Shown here in pieces: positions 29,603-40,224 of a DNA stretch of 64,000 nt. Position 1 is the first letter of the stretch, and every line of letters begins with the position of its first letter. This stretch comes from an uncultured delta proteobacterium (GTDB lineage: Bacteria; Desulfobacterota; Desulfobacteria; Desulfobacterales; B30-G6). Made by a program: the position numbers and the translations under genes. The stretch is taken from assembly GCA_963823335.1 (NCBI GenBank), contig CAWGLD010000004.1, forward strand, positions 384,001-448,000, given 5' to 3'. The notes below the pieces were generated by a model. That model was not told the DNA's origin. It ran no database searches and worked only from the letters and a program-made list of their open reading frames with translations.

Positions 29603-29613
29603 TGCATTTAATC

Positions 29614-30465
29614 ATGACCTCACCATCCACACTCATGAAAACCTGGAATCTACGTGCCAAAAAGGAGATGGGACAAAATTTTTTGTCGGACCGGGGCACT
29701 GCAGATAAAATTGTTGCCCGATCCGGTATCACAGCAGACGATGTTGTCCTCGAGATTGGAGCCGGGCTCGGATCCCTGACCCTTCCCCTGGCGCGTACAG
29801 CCAGGAAAGTATATGCCATTGAAAAAGACAGTACCCTGCTGCCCCCCCTCAAGGATGAACTCCTGGCATCCGGCACAAAAAATGTCATCTTGATAAACGA
29901 AAATATTCTCGCTTTGGATATTGTATCCATTGCCCGCACCGAGCAGCGATCTCTGGTGGTTATGGGGAACATCCCCTATAACATCTCATCTCAGATTCTT
30001 GTTCAATTGATGACAGCCAGACATCACCTAAAAAAGGCGGCCCTGATGTTTCAAAAAGAGCTGGCCCAGCGGATCATGGCTGCACCCGGTTCAAAAGCGT
30101 ATGGCCGTCTGTCTGTGATGGCCGGCTATTGTTCGACGGTGGATGTGATAACAGAAGTCAAGGCCGCCTGTTTCTTTCCAAAACCAAAAGTAGACTCCCT
30201 GGTTATAGCCATTTCCTTCAAGGATCGTGCAGAACCCTCTGCCAAGGATGAGTCATTGCTGTTTAAAGTCGTCAAGGCATCGTTTTCAAAACGACGCAAA
30301 ACACTTAGAAACGCATTGTCCGGTTCAATTCTTCAGATCGATGCCGCCACGGCTGCCAGGGAACTTGTAGCGGCAGGCATCGACCCCGTCCGCCGTGCGG
30401 AAACATTGACCGTTGAGGAATTTGTGCACCTGAGCAACCAATTTTATGATGCCGGGTACAGATAA
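29614..30465 (+). CDS. rsmA: 16S rRNA m6,2A1518/1519 dimethyltransferase
   Basis: KKEMGQNFL, VLEIGAGLGSLT, GNIPYNIS, MFQKE, PKPKVDS, RRAETL. Confidence 0.96.
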   Translation: MTSPSTLMKTWNLRAKKEMGQNFLSDRGTADKIVARSGITADDVVLEIGAGLGSLTLPLARTARKVYAIEKDSTLLPPLKDELLASGTKNVILINENILALDIVSIARTEQRSLVVMGNIPYNISSQILVQLMTARHHLKKAALMFQKELAQRIMAAPGSKAYGRLSVMAGYCSTVDVITEVKAACFFPKPKVDSLVIAISFKDRAEPSAKDESLLFKVVKASFSKRRKTLRNALSGSILQIDAATAARELVAAGIDPVRRAETLTVEEFVHLSNQFYDAGYR

Positions 30466-30533
30466 CCTGAAATCATTTGTAGAGGAGATACGACACTGGC
30501 ATTCTTGAAGATAGTTCGAGCGAATATGGATAA

Positions 30534-31049
30534 TCACGTGATTGTTTGGTGATGTCTTTGACTCAGTATATAGAATCCTATAAGCGGATCTTCCTTTTCT
30601 GCATCATCAAACTCAGCCCCTATATGGTTTTCACAAATATGCTTGGCATACACGGTCTTCTGGATATACGTCCCACTCTTGTCTTTAAGGTGAAAAGCAA
30701 GAAGGATAGGATTTTCAAAGAACTTGTCGGAAGTTCTGATGGTTCTGTTTGGATAGGGTTTGATTCTTACCCCGGTGGATGACAAATCGACAACTCTCAT
30801 TGCGTTACCTTCTGAAGCTCTCCATTCACCGGCCTGACTGCAAATACATGGAATATCCACTACCATTCTGTAGCGTTGTCTTCTTTCGAGAATGGATGTC
30901 CATGAACACCCGCAGATACACTTTGATTTCACTTTGGTCCTGTTGTTACGTTTCATGTATTTGGAAACATTTACTGTTTTTGATTTAATGCAGTTTGGGC
31001 AAGTAAATGTGGCCTCATTTGATTTGTCTATATGGACTGTCTTGATCAT
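30534..31049 (-). CDS. PilZ domain protein with N-terminal Cys-rich (Zn-ribbon-like) segment
   Basis: CPNC...CICGC; ERRQRYR (RxxxR) and DLSSTG. Confidence 0.75.
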   Translation of the reverse strand: MIKTVHIDKSNEATFTCPNCIKSKTVNVSKYMKRNNRTKVKSKCICGCSWTSILERRQRYRMVVDIPCICSQAGEWRASEGNAMRVVDLSSTGVRIKPYPNRTIRTSDKFFENPILLAFHLKDKSGTYIQKTVYAKHICENHIGAEFDDAEKEDPLIGFYILSQRHHQTIT

Positions 31050-31264
31050 TTCATCATCCCCGGGCAAACGAACCAAAAATACGAGCGTATTCCCCCTAGC
31101 TTGCTGTGAAGTTCTTCAATATATTCTGTATTGTGAAAAAGAAAGGTTTTTTTTGCGAGGTTTTGCATTGTCCTCGTTGTGTGTTTCCGCTGAAACAAAT
31201 ACATCCGGTTCATTGAACAGACCGGCACGATATTATTTGGGAACGGCCATTCCGCTATAGCGGT

Positions 31265-32179
31265 TTAAAATTTGCTAAATGTGTCACAACGGTTCATATC
31301 GCCGCTTGCCAAACCAATTTTGAACCATTTCACCCGTTGGGCCGAACTACCATGGGTAAATGAGTCCGGACTCACATATCCTCTGGACTGTTTCTGTAAA
31401 GTGTCATCGCCAATGGCACTGGCTGCCGTGAGGCCTTCTTCTACATCACCTGTTTCGAGTAGTTGTCTGGCACTGTTGGCATGATTGGCCCAGACGCCTG
31501 CGAGACAGTCAGCCTGTAGTTCCTGTTGAACAGAGAGCTTGTTGCTTTCGGCTTTACTCAGTTTATTGCGTGCTGCATGTATTTTACCGGATATGCCCAA
31601 CAGGGTCTGGATATGGTGGCCCACTTCGTGGGCAATGACATAGGCCTGGGCAAAATCTCCCGGTGCCTTGAAACGGTTTTTCAACTGGTCAAAAAAACCC
31701 AGGTCAATGTAGACCTGTTGATCGCCCGGGCAGTAGAAGGGCCCCATGGCTGACTGGGCCATTCCGCAAGCTGATTTGACTGAGTCTCGAAACAGTACAA
31801 GACGTGGTTCCTGATAGCTCATTCCCCTTTGTCGGAACAAGGTGTGCCAGGTTTCTTCGGTATCGGCCAGGATGACTGAAACGAAATCCACCAGTTCTCT
31901 CTCTTCAGCCGTTTCCCGGAGCGGTTCAGTAGATATACCGGGTGGGGTACCTGGTTGTAACCCAAGACCGGCCAACATATTTCCCAGGTTTCCGCTAAAC
32001 AACCCGTAAGCCCCCACACACACTATCAGTATTGCGGTACCTTTAAAGCCTAAAAATCTAAATACCATGGGAAGCAGATTTAACATGCCGCCCCCACGAC
32101 CTGAACGGTCGCGTCCGGAGATCCGCATACTTCGTCGATCTTCCACATTGCTGCTTTTACGATTTCCACGCCAACGCAT
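31265..32179 (-). CDS. Neutral zinc metallopeptidase (YpfJ family)
   Basis: MRWRGNRKSSNVEDRR, GPFYCPGD, HEVGHH, ELQADC, SFTHGSS. Confidence 0.92.
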   Translation of the reverse strand: MRWRGNRKSSNVEDRRSMRISGRDRSGRGGGMLNLLPMVFRFLGFKGTAILIVCVGAYGLFSGNLGNMLAGLGLQPGTPPGISTEPLRETAEERELVDFVSVILADTEETWHTLFRQRGMSYQEPRLVLFRDSVKSACGMAQSAMGPFYCPGDQQVYIDLGFFDQLKNRFKAPGDFAQAYVIAHEVGHHIQTLLGISGKIHAARNKLSKAESNKLSVQQELQADCLAGVWANHANSARQLLETGDVEEGLTAASAIGDDTLQKQSRGYVSPDSFTHGSSAQRVKWFKIGLASGDMNRCDTFSKF

Positions 32180-32203
32180 CACTATTCTCCCAATCTGTTT
32201 GCG

Positions 32204-33466
32204 TTACATCTCCTCCGCTATCGACACTGTCCGATCTCCCAGCATATTGACATAGCTGCCCATCTCGTTGTCGTACCAGCCATAAATGACTGCCTGGGTT
32301 ACCGGGACTCTGATGATGGTCTTTTTCAAGGAAGCCACCACGGTTGCGTCGAGACCTGGTACCCGTTCGAGATCGATGGTCACTTCGGCCGTCCGTCGAT
32401 GGGTCTCGTGTCCCTCTATAATGGCTGCAGCCCTGGGAAGGCCTATGATATCCCCTGAAACATTCTGATCGTCGGTGTAGTGGAGATATCCGTTCGGATC
32501 GTTCTCCGCTGTCTGCCGGTAAATGTCATTGATAAGATCCCGGCGTATGGGTTCGTTTGACAGCTCTTCCTGAAGGTTGACCACCAGAATGATCAAAGAG
32601 CCGGAGGCGGTGGGGATTCGGACTGATTCCGCGATAAATCCTATCTGCGCCATTTCGGGAATCACAAGCCTCAAGGCATTGGCAGCACCCGTTGTCGTCA
32701 GAATGATATTGTTCATAATGCTTCTGTTTTTGCGAAGGTCGGTTTTACCCTGTTTCGGCAGTCGGTCCAGCACCGCCTGGGACCCTGTCGCTGCATGAAC
32801 GGTGGCCATGGATGCAGACAGGATACGCTTGGGACCAAATGCATTCAACAGAGGCTTTACCATGTGTGCCAGACAGGTGGTTGTACAGGATGCATTCGAT
32901 ATGATCCGATGCCTTCTCGGATCATAATCGTTGGCATTTATGCCCATGACCGTCGTGACAGCATCTTCCGGCATAGCGGTGATCTTGTCCACGATCTTGA
33001 AAGGCGCAGAGAGAATGACCTTGTCGGCACCGGCTTCCAGATGTCCCCTTGCTGATCCGTTGGGATGCTCAGCCGGCAGGGTCGGGTCGAGAAACTGGCC
33101 AGTGGTGTCCACCACCAGCCGGACGTTTTCCTGGCGCCATCCGATCTCGCAGGGGAGTCTGTTTGAACGTAAAAATTTCACGCGTGTGCCGTCCATCATC
33201 ATGGTACCCGCATTCTCGTTCAACTCTGATATTACAGGTGTTGCAGCCTGCCCATATAGGAAGGCGTGAAGCCGACCATATGTTGAATCTCTTTCGGCAT
33301 AATGGGCAATATCCTGAAGGGACGTTCCCGATGCACGACCGATATTGACAACGATCTCTTTAAAGTATTTGCGCGCGATGTGATGCCACACGGTCAGCTT
33401 GCCGATTCTGCCGAATCCAGCCACCCCCAGTTTCAGATCATTGGTGTTTGCGCTGTCTTTTCTCAT
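32204..33466 (-). CDS. Glyceraldehyde-3-phosphate dehydrogenase family protein (long, divergent)
   Basis: AGFGRIG, DSTYG, SNASCTTTCL, TTGAA, WYDNE. Confidence 0.88.
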   Translation of the reverse strand: MRKDSANTNDLKLGVAGFGRIGKLTVWHHIARKYFKEIVVNIGRASGTSLQDIAHYAERDSTYGRLHAFLYGQAATPVISELNENAGTMMMDGTRVKFLRSNRLPCEIGWRQENVRLVVDTTGQFLDPTLPAEHPNGSARGHLEAGADKVILSAPFKIVDKITAMPEDAVTTVMGINANDYDPRRHRIISNASCTTTCLAHMVKPLLNAFGPKRILSASMATVHAATGSQAVLDRLPKQGKTDLRKNRSIMNNIILTTTGAANALRLVIPEMAQIGFIAESVRIPTASGSLIILVVNLQEELSNEPIRRDLINDIYRQTAENDPNGYLHYTDDQNVSGDIIGLPRAAAIIEGHETHRRTAEVTIDLERVPGLDATVVASLKKTIIRVPVTQAVIYGWYDNEMGSYVNMLGDRTVSIAEEM

Positions 33467-33496
33467 GTTGCCTCCTGAACCATCAATTATGCCGGG

Positions 33497-36400
33497 TTAG
33501 GATGTGTTTACCGCTAAGGTTCCCAGGTATACCGACCCTTCGCGTCCATCGATGCTGATCCTGTCCCCCGAAGTCATACGAACCTTACCAAAAGAACAGA
33601 CCTTCTCCTTTTCATCACACACCATGTCGTTGCATCCCACAACACTTGTCTTCCCCAGTCGATGGGTGACCACGGCCGCATGAGACGTGACACCACCCCG
33701 GGAGGTCAACAGTCCGTCAGAAGCATAAATCTCCTTGATATCGTCCGGCACCGTATCACTCCTGACCAGGATCAGGGGTGTGTCAGGCTCCAGTTGACGC
33801 CATCTGTCAATTTCTTTGAGGGTGAAAACGATCCGCCCGCTTATGGCACCGCCACTAACGCCTATACCATGCCCTAGGAATCGATCTTCTTCGATCATGT
33901 CCAGGTTGAAGGTCATGGCCTTCTTCCGCTCGCGTATACCCATATCACGCGTCTGCAGCAGGTATAAATCTCTTGCTTCGGGGCCTTCAAATGTAAATTC
34001 CATCTCCTGGGGACTCCATCCACGTCTTTCGATCAGTTCGATGGCCCAGCCTTTCATGGTCTCGTAAATCTTTGGAAAATGTGTTTCCAGGGTAATATCG
34101 GTTTCCCGCATCTCGATATCCTGTTGGGAAATCGAGATCGGCAATGTCGTAACCAGACCGGAAACCACGTCCTCTCCCTGGTTGCCGATGGTAAAATCAC
34201 CCCATAACCGAAGACTGTCGCCTAACCACCTCGGGTTGTGCGTAAAGAACACACCCGCGCCGGCCTGTTCCGACAGATTGCCGAAAACCATGGTTTGCAC
34301 AGTAACCGCCGTACCCCAATCGTCCGATATGCCCATGATTTTTCGATAGGTTCTGGCGCGGGAGGATTTCCAGCTTCCCAGGACGTTTCGAATCGTCTCA
34401 TAGAGCTGTTCCAGGGGGTCCTCCATGATTCTAACACCCGTGTCATTGATAAAACGTTTGTACGATAAAGCTACTTTACGCATCTGTCTGCCCGTCAGGT
34501 CGCGTTTGAACTGAACCCCGGCGCGTCGTTTTAATTCACCGATAATGGCATCAAAATCATCCCGTTCCAGACCAAATGACATGCCGTAACATTGCAGAAA
34601 ACGCCGATAGCTGTCCCATGCAAACCATTCGTTTTTCGTCACCGCGGCGATTCCTTCTGTAATCTCCTCATTGATCCCTACATTTAGAAATGTATCCATC
34701 ATCCCCGGTTGGGAGATGGACGATCCACTCCTCACCGAAAAAAGAAGCGGATTTTTCGGACTCCCAAAGGATTTCCCGGTCCGTTCTTCGATGACCGAGA
34801 TCTGCTGCACTACCTGCTCCCTGAAATTATCTTCGGCAGGTTTATAGCTCTCGATAATTTCCTGACACCTAAAAACCTCCGTTGTAAGGATAAAGCCGGG
34901 GGGCACCGGCATGCCGTAATTGTTCAGTTTTACCATATTCAGACCCTTGCTTCCCAGATGAATGATACCGGAAACTCTCGGGCTGACACCATGGATCAGC
35001 GCCATGGCATTTTTGGGATCGTATAACAGAAGTTGTTGTAGCTGCTTCTTGGGAAGCTTGTTGGCTTGCTGAAAGAGTGTGCTGAGAATGCGACTCAAAA
35101 AAAGATCCAGCTGCTGGATACCGGTGGTCATGGCAATCCTGTCACGAAAAAATATCTCAGAAATGCGGTGCTGGAAATTCTCTTTTTCAGGCTCGCCGCT
35201 TGCCGGAAGATACTTTTTCATAACCTGGTTCGGGGTCAATTTCTCAATGATACCCATCAGGTTTTTGCCATGCATGTTCCCGAAATGATCATTGGTGATA
35301 TTTTTTACCGCCTGGGCAAACCCTTTGAAAATATCCAGGTACTGTGTGAAGGTGAATCCCCTGGCCTCCAGGGAATGCGCAAGCATTTCAATCTGTCTTT
35401 CGACTTCCACCGAATGGATTCCCTCGATTTTGAGGGCCTTGTCGAAAAGCATGAGATGGTCATAAATCTGGTAGAATGTTGCCTTGGTTATCAGACTCAG
35501 ATCCGTGCTTTCCACGAGTTCCTCAAAGAGAGTATTCACGAGAGACTCGAGTCGATACGTCAAACCCAGTGCGTCAAATTTCATCTCGTGGTAGGATCCG
35601 TACATGGAAGGGATGTCGACCGTAAAATGCCTCTTTTTGTATATATCCTCTTTCACCTCGAATGGTGTGTCTGACAGAATAAGGTATTTCAAAAATTCGA
35701 GATACTCGAGCATCATGGAGATCTTTTTCCTCAAAGACGGCTCGGCCAGTGCAGCTTCGAGCTTGTCGAGACCCGGAAAAGCTTCTATTTTCAATTTCCG
35801 GATATGGTTATTGACCTCAATAAAATCGAGATGGTACTTCTGCTGAAGATGCCGGTAAAAGGATACCGCCAGAAGCATCTTCTCCACATCGCTCTCTGGA
35901 GCATCCTTCATATCCCCCAGCAACGCCTTCAGATGGTCTTCTTCGATGGTAAGAAGATCCCCCGGAAAATTCAGGTTTTTCCCGGCCAGGTGGTTGATCA
36001 CAGCGTTTAAGCCGTCAATATAGGGCCCTTGGCTTTGAATCTGGTTAAAAATGACCGGTGGTAAAAATGGTTTTAAGAGCTCCTTATCCCTTGTCTGCCA
36101 GAATTTCAGGGTGGCCTCCATGAAAAGGATAATGAGATTGCTGCTTTCTACATGGCTCTGCTTGCGCAGGAAATGAACCAGTACATCCTTTCTCTGACAC
36201 AGCTCATCGATACGCGTGGATATGTCCCGGAGATTGCCCTCGGCGCCGATATCGTTAAAGTAGACCGGGAAGAGACGCGCCAGCTGTTTGATGAGATTAT
36301 ATACCGGTTCGATGTCACTGTTCAAAATCCGGGTAATGTCACGGGGAAACAGGTCCGTATCCTTGATAAAAACACCGCACAAAGACAGATAGATGGTCAG

Positions 36401-37678
36401 ACTGGATATCAACCGAATGGAGTATTTTGGATTCAACTCGATCAATTCCAGCCAGGTCCGAATATTCAGGATATGAGATGGGTTGACCTTTACCTGCCAG
36501 TCATCCCCCACCCCGCCGAGCCTGGGTGCCTGGAAACCGAGATCGATGACATTCTCGACAAAATGATTCACCAACTCGCTGTCATCCGTCTTGTAAACCC
36601 CCTTGCCCATATTCAAAACACAATTGAGCGCTGTGGCAGGGTATCTCTCCGCTTGAAGATGAAGAATGGAAAAGGTCTTCTCTATCAAATTCCAGATATA
36701 AAAATGGGCCTCGTTTCCGATCAGCCAGCTCAGGGTTCGGTTGATATCCCTCAAGGCTTCCTCGTGAATAGTGGACAACCCCGAAACATTCATCATCAGG
36801 AACAAAAAGATGACCTTCCACCGGTTGCCCTTATTGTTTCGGGCCCCGGCCTCCAGGAGTTTTTCGGGAATCCTGCGATAATGTTCAACGATCTGATTGT
36901 AACCGGTGAGCTGAATCAACTGCGCTGTCAGTTCCCGGTGAGCAACCTCGCCCACATCGGCAATACGTGAAAGCTGTCGTTCCCATTTGCGGATGGTTGC
37001 ATGCGATATGCCTTTGAACAAAGAGTCCCAATCACATCCTGGTTCTCCCCCCTCGACCTTGCTTTCGAACCAGGTCTGGGGATCCTTTTCACTCAGCCAG
37101 TACTGATACGTTGCATGGAAATAGCGAATGATCAGTCGATTCAGATCCGAACAGTCCATATCCGAATGTTCGGTATTCTCCAGGAGATTTTCACCCAGTC
37201 GTTTCAATTGATAGTGGCTTTTGACAAACAGAAAGAAAATATCGTTCGGATAATTCTGGATTACCTGGAAAGCATGACAGAGCACCGGGGAAAATCGATC
37301 CAGGGCATCTCCTGAATCTTTTAATAGTTTCTGGATAAACAGCAGCAGGTTGTCCACCGCGTCCCTCTTGGTGGACATGGCGCATTCCGCAGTTATGGTC
37401 TCGGACAGAATCTCAACAAAGCATCGCGCTGCATCCGCACCCTGGGGATGTGCTTTCAGCAGGTGGAAATAGTCCAGGGAATAGTTTCTGGCTTCATTGA
37501 CGATAAACTGCCAGTTTTTATATGGGTGGGACAATTCCTCCAAAAAGGTCCTGACCCCCTCCCGGATGCCGAAGTATTGCGACATGGCCTCATGAAGGGC
37601 ATCGTACCTGGGGTCTATGGTGACATCGACATGGTAATCTGCGATGTTGACTTCAAGCGCTTTGGATTTGATGGTCAA
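33497..37678 (-). CDS. PPDK-like dikinase: ~900-aa unknown N-domain + ATP-grasp + phospho-His domain, no PEP/pyruvate barrel
   Basis: LGSKG...PVPPGF, SVRSG..PGMMDT, GEDVVSG, LLQTR, GGVTSHAAVV; ends after ISIDG. Confidence 0.85.
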   Translation of the reverse strand: MTIKSKALEVNIADYHVDVTIDPRYDALHEAMSQYFGIREGVRTFLEELSHPYKNWQFIVNEARNYSLDYFHLLKAHPQGADAARCFVEILSETITAECAMSTKRDAVDNLLLFIQKLLKDSGDALDRFSPVLCHAFQVIQNYPNDIFFLFVKSHYQLKRLGENLLENTEHSDMDCSDLNRLIIRYFHATYQYWLSEKDPQTWFESKVEGGEPGCDWDSLFKGISHATIRKWERQLSRIADVGEVAHRELTAQLIQLTGYNQIVEHYRRIPEKLLEAGARNNKGNRWKVIFLFLMMNVSGLSTIHEEALRDINRTLSWLIGNEAHFYIWNLIEKTFSILHLQAERYPATALNCVLNMGKGVYKTDDSELVNHFVENVIDLGFQAPRLGGVGDDWQVKVNPSHILNIRTWLELIELNPKYSIRLISSLTIYLSLCGVFIKDTDLFPRDITRILNSDIEPVYNLIKQLARLFPVYFNDIGAEGNLRDISTRIDELCQRKDVLVHFLRKQSHVESSNLIILFMEATLKFWQTRDKELLKPFLPPVIFNQIQSQGPYIDGLNAVINHLAGKNLNFPGDLLTIEEDHLKALLGDMKDAPESDVEKMLLAVSFYRHLQQKYHLDFIEVNNHIRKLKIEAFPGLDKLEAALAEPSLRKKISMMLEYLEFLKYLILSDTPFEVKEDIYKKRHFTVDIPSMYGSYHEMKFDALGLTYRLESLVNTLFEELVESTDLSLITKATFYQIYDHLMLFDKALKIEGIHSVEVERQIEMLAHSLEARGFTFTQYLDIFKGFAQAVKNITNDHFGNMHGKNLMGIIEKLTPNQVMKKYLPASGEPEKENFQHRISEIFFRDRIAMTTGIQQLDLFLSRILSTLFQQANKLPKKQLQQLLLYDPKNAMALIHGVSPRVSGIIHLGSKGLNMVKLNNYGMPVPPGFILTTEVFRCQEIIESYKPAEDNFREQVVQQISVIEERTGKSFGSPKNPLLFSVRSGSSISQPGMMDTFLNVGINEEITEGIAAVTKNEWFAWDSYRRFLQCYGMSFGLERDDFDAIIGELKRRAGVQFKRDLTGRQMRKVALSYKRFINDTGVRIMEDPLEQLYETIRNVLGSWKSSRARTYRKIMGISDDWGTAVTVQTMVFGNLSEQAGAGVFFTHNPRWLGDSLRLWGDFTIGNQGEDVVSGLVTTLPISISQQDIEMRETDITLETHFPKIYETMKGWAIELIERRGWSPQEMEFTFEGPEARDLYLLQTRDMGIRERKKAMTFNLDMIEEDRFLGHGIGVSGGAISGRIVFTLKEIDRWRQLEPDTPLILVRSDTVPDDIKEIYASDGLLTSRGGVTSHAAVVTHRLGKTSVVGCNDMVCDEKEKVCSFGKVRMTSGDRISIDGREGSVYLGTLAVNTS

Positions 37679-38191
37679 AGTAACTCTCCATATACTGTCA
37701 GCGGTCAGCTTTCATAGCGTTCAATAGAATAACAATCCGAGCAAGATTAACAGAAAAATCGTTGAAATTCAAGGAGAGTTGACCTTCGACATCGTTCGTG
37801 TAACCTGACGGCAGGCTGATCTAATCTCAGAAACATCATCAATCCGGCAGGACATTACGCGAGTGATACAGATTGATCATAATATGTTTTTTTTAAATAA
37901 AAGGAGTCTCCTCGGCTGAGGGACTTATTCGGAATATATTCATTAGAAACAGGCCTCAACTGGCAACGCATTTGTACCAGGCCGAGGTTCTTTTGATCCA
38001 ATCAGCATCATTGGCTTTGCGGAGTTTCTAATGTGAATAAATAAACCATAATGAAACCGTAGTGTCAGCCTTGTGTCTTCGTAGTTTCATTTACGTGGTC
38101 TTCGCCGACAATTTGTTGTTCACCTGGCTGACCGATCATATTTATGTCGCGCTCACGGGCTTCACTTATGTATCGACCTTAAAATACGGTT

Positions 38192-38795
38192 TCACTTCGC
38201 CTCTAACGGCACCAGGTTAAAGCCAAGATACTTGTCTTTATAGTAGGAGCCTTTTGTCCTCACAGCAGCCCAGGCAATTTCGATCATCAGTTCCTTAAAA
38301 GGGTGTTTGCGCACCGGACTTCTTCCACTTTTTCGTTTCCCGGCACTCTCATTGTTGCCGGGACAAAGCCCTCCCCATGAAGCTAAAGCTTTCTCTGATC
38401 TAAAGGCTGTTAATGTATCACCAATATGACCGATGATCGATTGGGCTGTTTTTTTATCAATACCGGGAACCTGATCTAGTTGGTCGATCATCTCCTGATG
38501 GGGAAGCATAATATCATCCAGGCGTCTGGTAATAGCTTCAATTTCACTCTCAAGGTGATTGATAGTCTGCATCATCATTTTCAGCTGAAAACGATGAAAC
38601 CATGTCCTTGTGGACATCTAACCCGCAACAAATAGGGTGTACAACGGAAATAATTTTGCTACTGTTTTTCTGTGTCATAGCTATCCTCCTTCATTTGATA
38701 AATTTTCATGCTCCATTTTTTAGAGGATAGCTATGGCATTTCAATATAAATTTATGTTTCATGCTTCGTTGTGCGCGTTTGGGCATGAAAATTTA
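38192..38795 (-). pseudogene. Internally deleted, truncated IS110-family element with left non-coding end
   Basis: GGAGG + ATG at 38678 gives MTQKNSSKIISVVHPICCGLDVHK; out-of-frame junction to VPGIDKKTA...GLCPGNNESAGK; homology ends after YYKDKY. Confidence 0.85.
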
Positions 38796-38814
38796 TGACA
38801 ACCCCTGTGGAACT

Positions 38815-40074
38815 TCAGCGGCGTGGCGTATCCGGCTGGAAATTGACCCTCAATACCGCATACAGGCTTCCCATGACAAGCATCAGCGATATGAAAAAGA
38901 TGATCCGGTATGAATCCCCGTGCAGACACGCAAAACGATCCAGAAAGTAGCCATAGGCCAATGGGAGTGCCAGCGCAAAAGGTATCGTCAGAATGGGGCC
39001 CACAGCAAAGTAACTGGTGGTGTCTCTTAAACCGGAAAGCTTCTTGACCGAGGGTGGAAAAACAATCATGCGTGTTCCCCTGGAAATCCCCAGCAGAAAA
39101 CTTGCCAGGAAAAAACTCCACTGGTAGTCAAACACTATCAGCAGCAGCAATGCCGCCATGGACGCCATCTTGGAAAAGATATACTTGTTGCGCAGTAAAA
39201 AGAAATCGAGTGAACCCAGGAAGACATTGGTAACAATGGCTCCCACATAGATACAACTCACGAAAAAACCGGCCGCAATCGGCGCTGCGATGCCGCAGAA
39301 GACCGTTGCGTAGTTCGCATAAAAAGAAATAACCGTAACAATCACATAAAAATCCATGTCCCCAGCCAGAAAGATCAGAAAATTCCGGTTCTGGAAAATC
39401 CGGTCCACGGATCGTTGCAGATATTTGAAAAAAGATCTTGGTGAATTGTCATTTTCAGGATCCGGAAGCGATATTTCCTTGGTGGCAAAAAAAAACAGCG
39501 ACCCCAGGCAAAAAAGCAGGCCCACGGTCAGGAAAATACCTCCGGATGCTGTTTGAGAAAATGAGTATTTTTCTACGAATTTAACGAGCAACAAACTGCT
39601 GGCAAGTCTGGCAATATTCTGGGCGATCATCATAAACCCCAGACCGGAAAACGTTCGTTCCTCTGAAAATATATTGACAAGATAGTTCAACCACACCGGA
39701 ACAGTCATACCGAGGCAAATAGTAAAGACAGCGTACGACACGAAAAATATCGTCAGCACCGGCGCATGTTCTCCAAAGGAAAACAGAATCGCCCCAAAAA
39801 AAACCAGGGACATGCCCGATACCAGGTGCAGATATATGACAGACCCGCGCTTGAACGCCAGACCCGCTGTGAAATAGCTGGAAAGTAGTGCAAAAACAGA
39901 GTTCCCCAGGAAAGAAAAAGCAGGGATCAGTCCCACCTGAAAGCTGGAAGCCCCCAGACTCTTCAAGAAAAGCTGCAAAAAGGTCGATTCCAGAACAACC
40001 GGAAGCCCCAGGCCCCAGAGGAATTCACAACCGGATATACCGATAACATTTCGTTTGTAGTAGGTATCAATCAA
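38815..40074 (-). CDS. MFS transporter
   Basis: About 12 hydrophobic segments; AAGGAG upstream of TTG at 40074. Confidence 0.8.
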   Translation of the reverse strand: MIDTYYKRNVIGISGCEFLWGLGLPVVLESTFLQLFLKSLGASSFQVGLIPAFSFLGNSVFALLSSYFTAGLAFKRGSVIYLHLVSGMSLVFFGAILFSFGEHAPVLTIFFVSYAVFTICLGMTVPVWLNYLVNIFSEERTFSGLGFMMIAQNIARLASSLLLVKFVEKYSFSQTASGGIFLTVGLLFCLGSLFFFATKEISLPDPENDNSPRSFFKYLQRSVDRIFQNRNFLIFLAGDMDFYVIVTVISFYANYATVFCGIAAPIAAGFFVSCIYVGAIVTNVFLGSLDFFLLRNKYIFSKMASMAALLLLIVFDYQWSFFLASFLLGISRGTRMIVFPPSVKKLSGLRDTTSYFAVGPILTIPFALALPLAYGYFLDRFACLHGDSYRIIFFISLMLVMGSLYAVLRVNFQPDTPRR

Positions 40075-40224
40075 CACGATCTCCTTGACCCTCTTAAACA
40101 AGAATGCATCCCTATAGCAGATATGGGAGTAAAGAAAAAGCGTCCATCTATTGGCAGTCAACGAAACCAAAATCCAAAAACTTAAAACAATTTGTTGTGG
40201 TGAACAGAATAGATCTGTTAAAGA

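Noticed and set aside
29563-29613. N-terminal extension of RsmA given in the ORF track
   Set aside because: It is translated octamer repeat; the extended starts of ahbC, hemB, serB and the ABC binding protein were trimmed for similar reasons (repeat DNA or a better downstream RBS)
37700-38190. ncRNA or gene in the long spacer upstream of the dikinase
   Set aside because: No convincing ORF, repeat or structure recognised by eye
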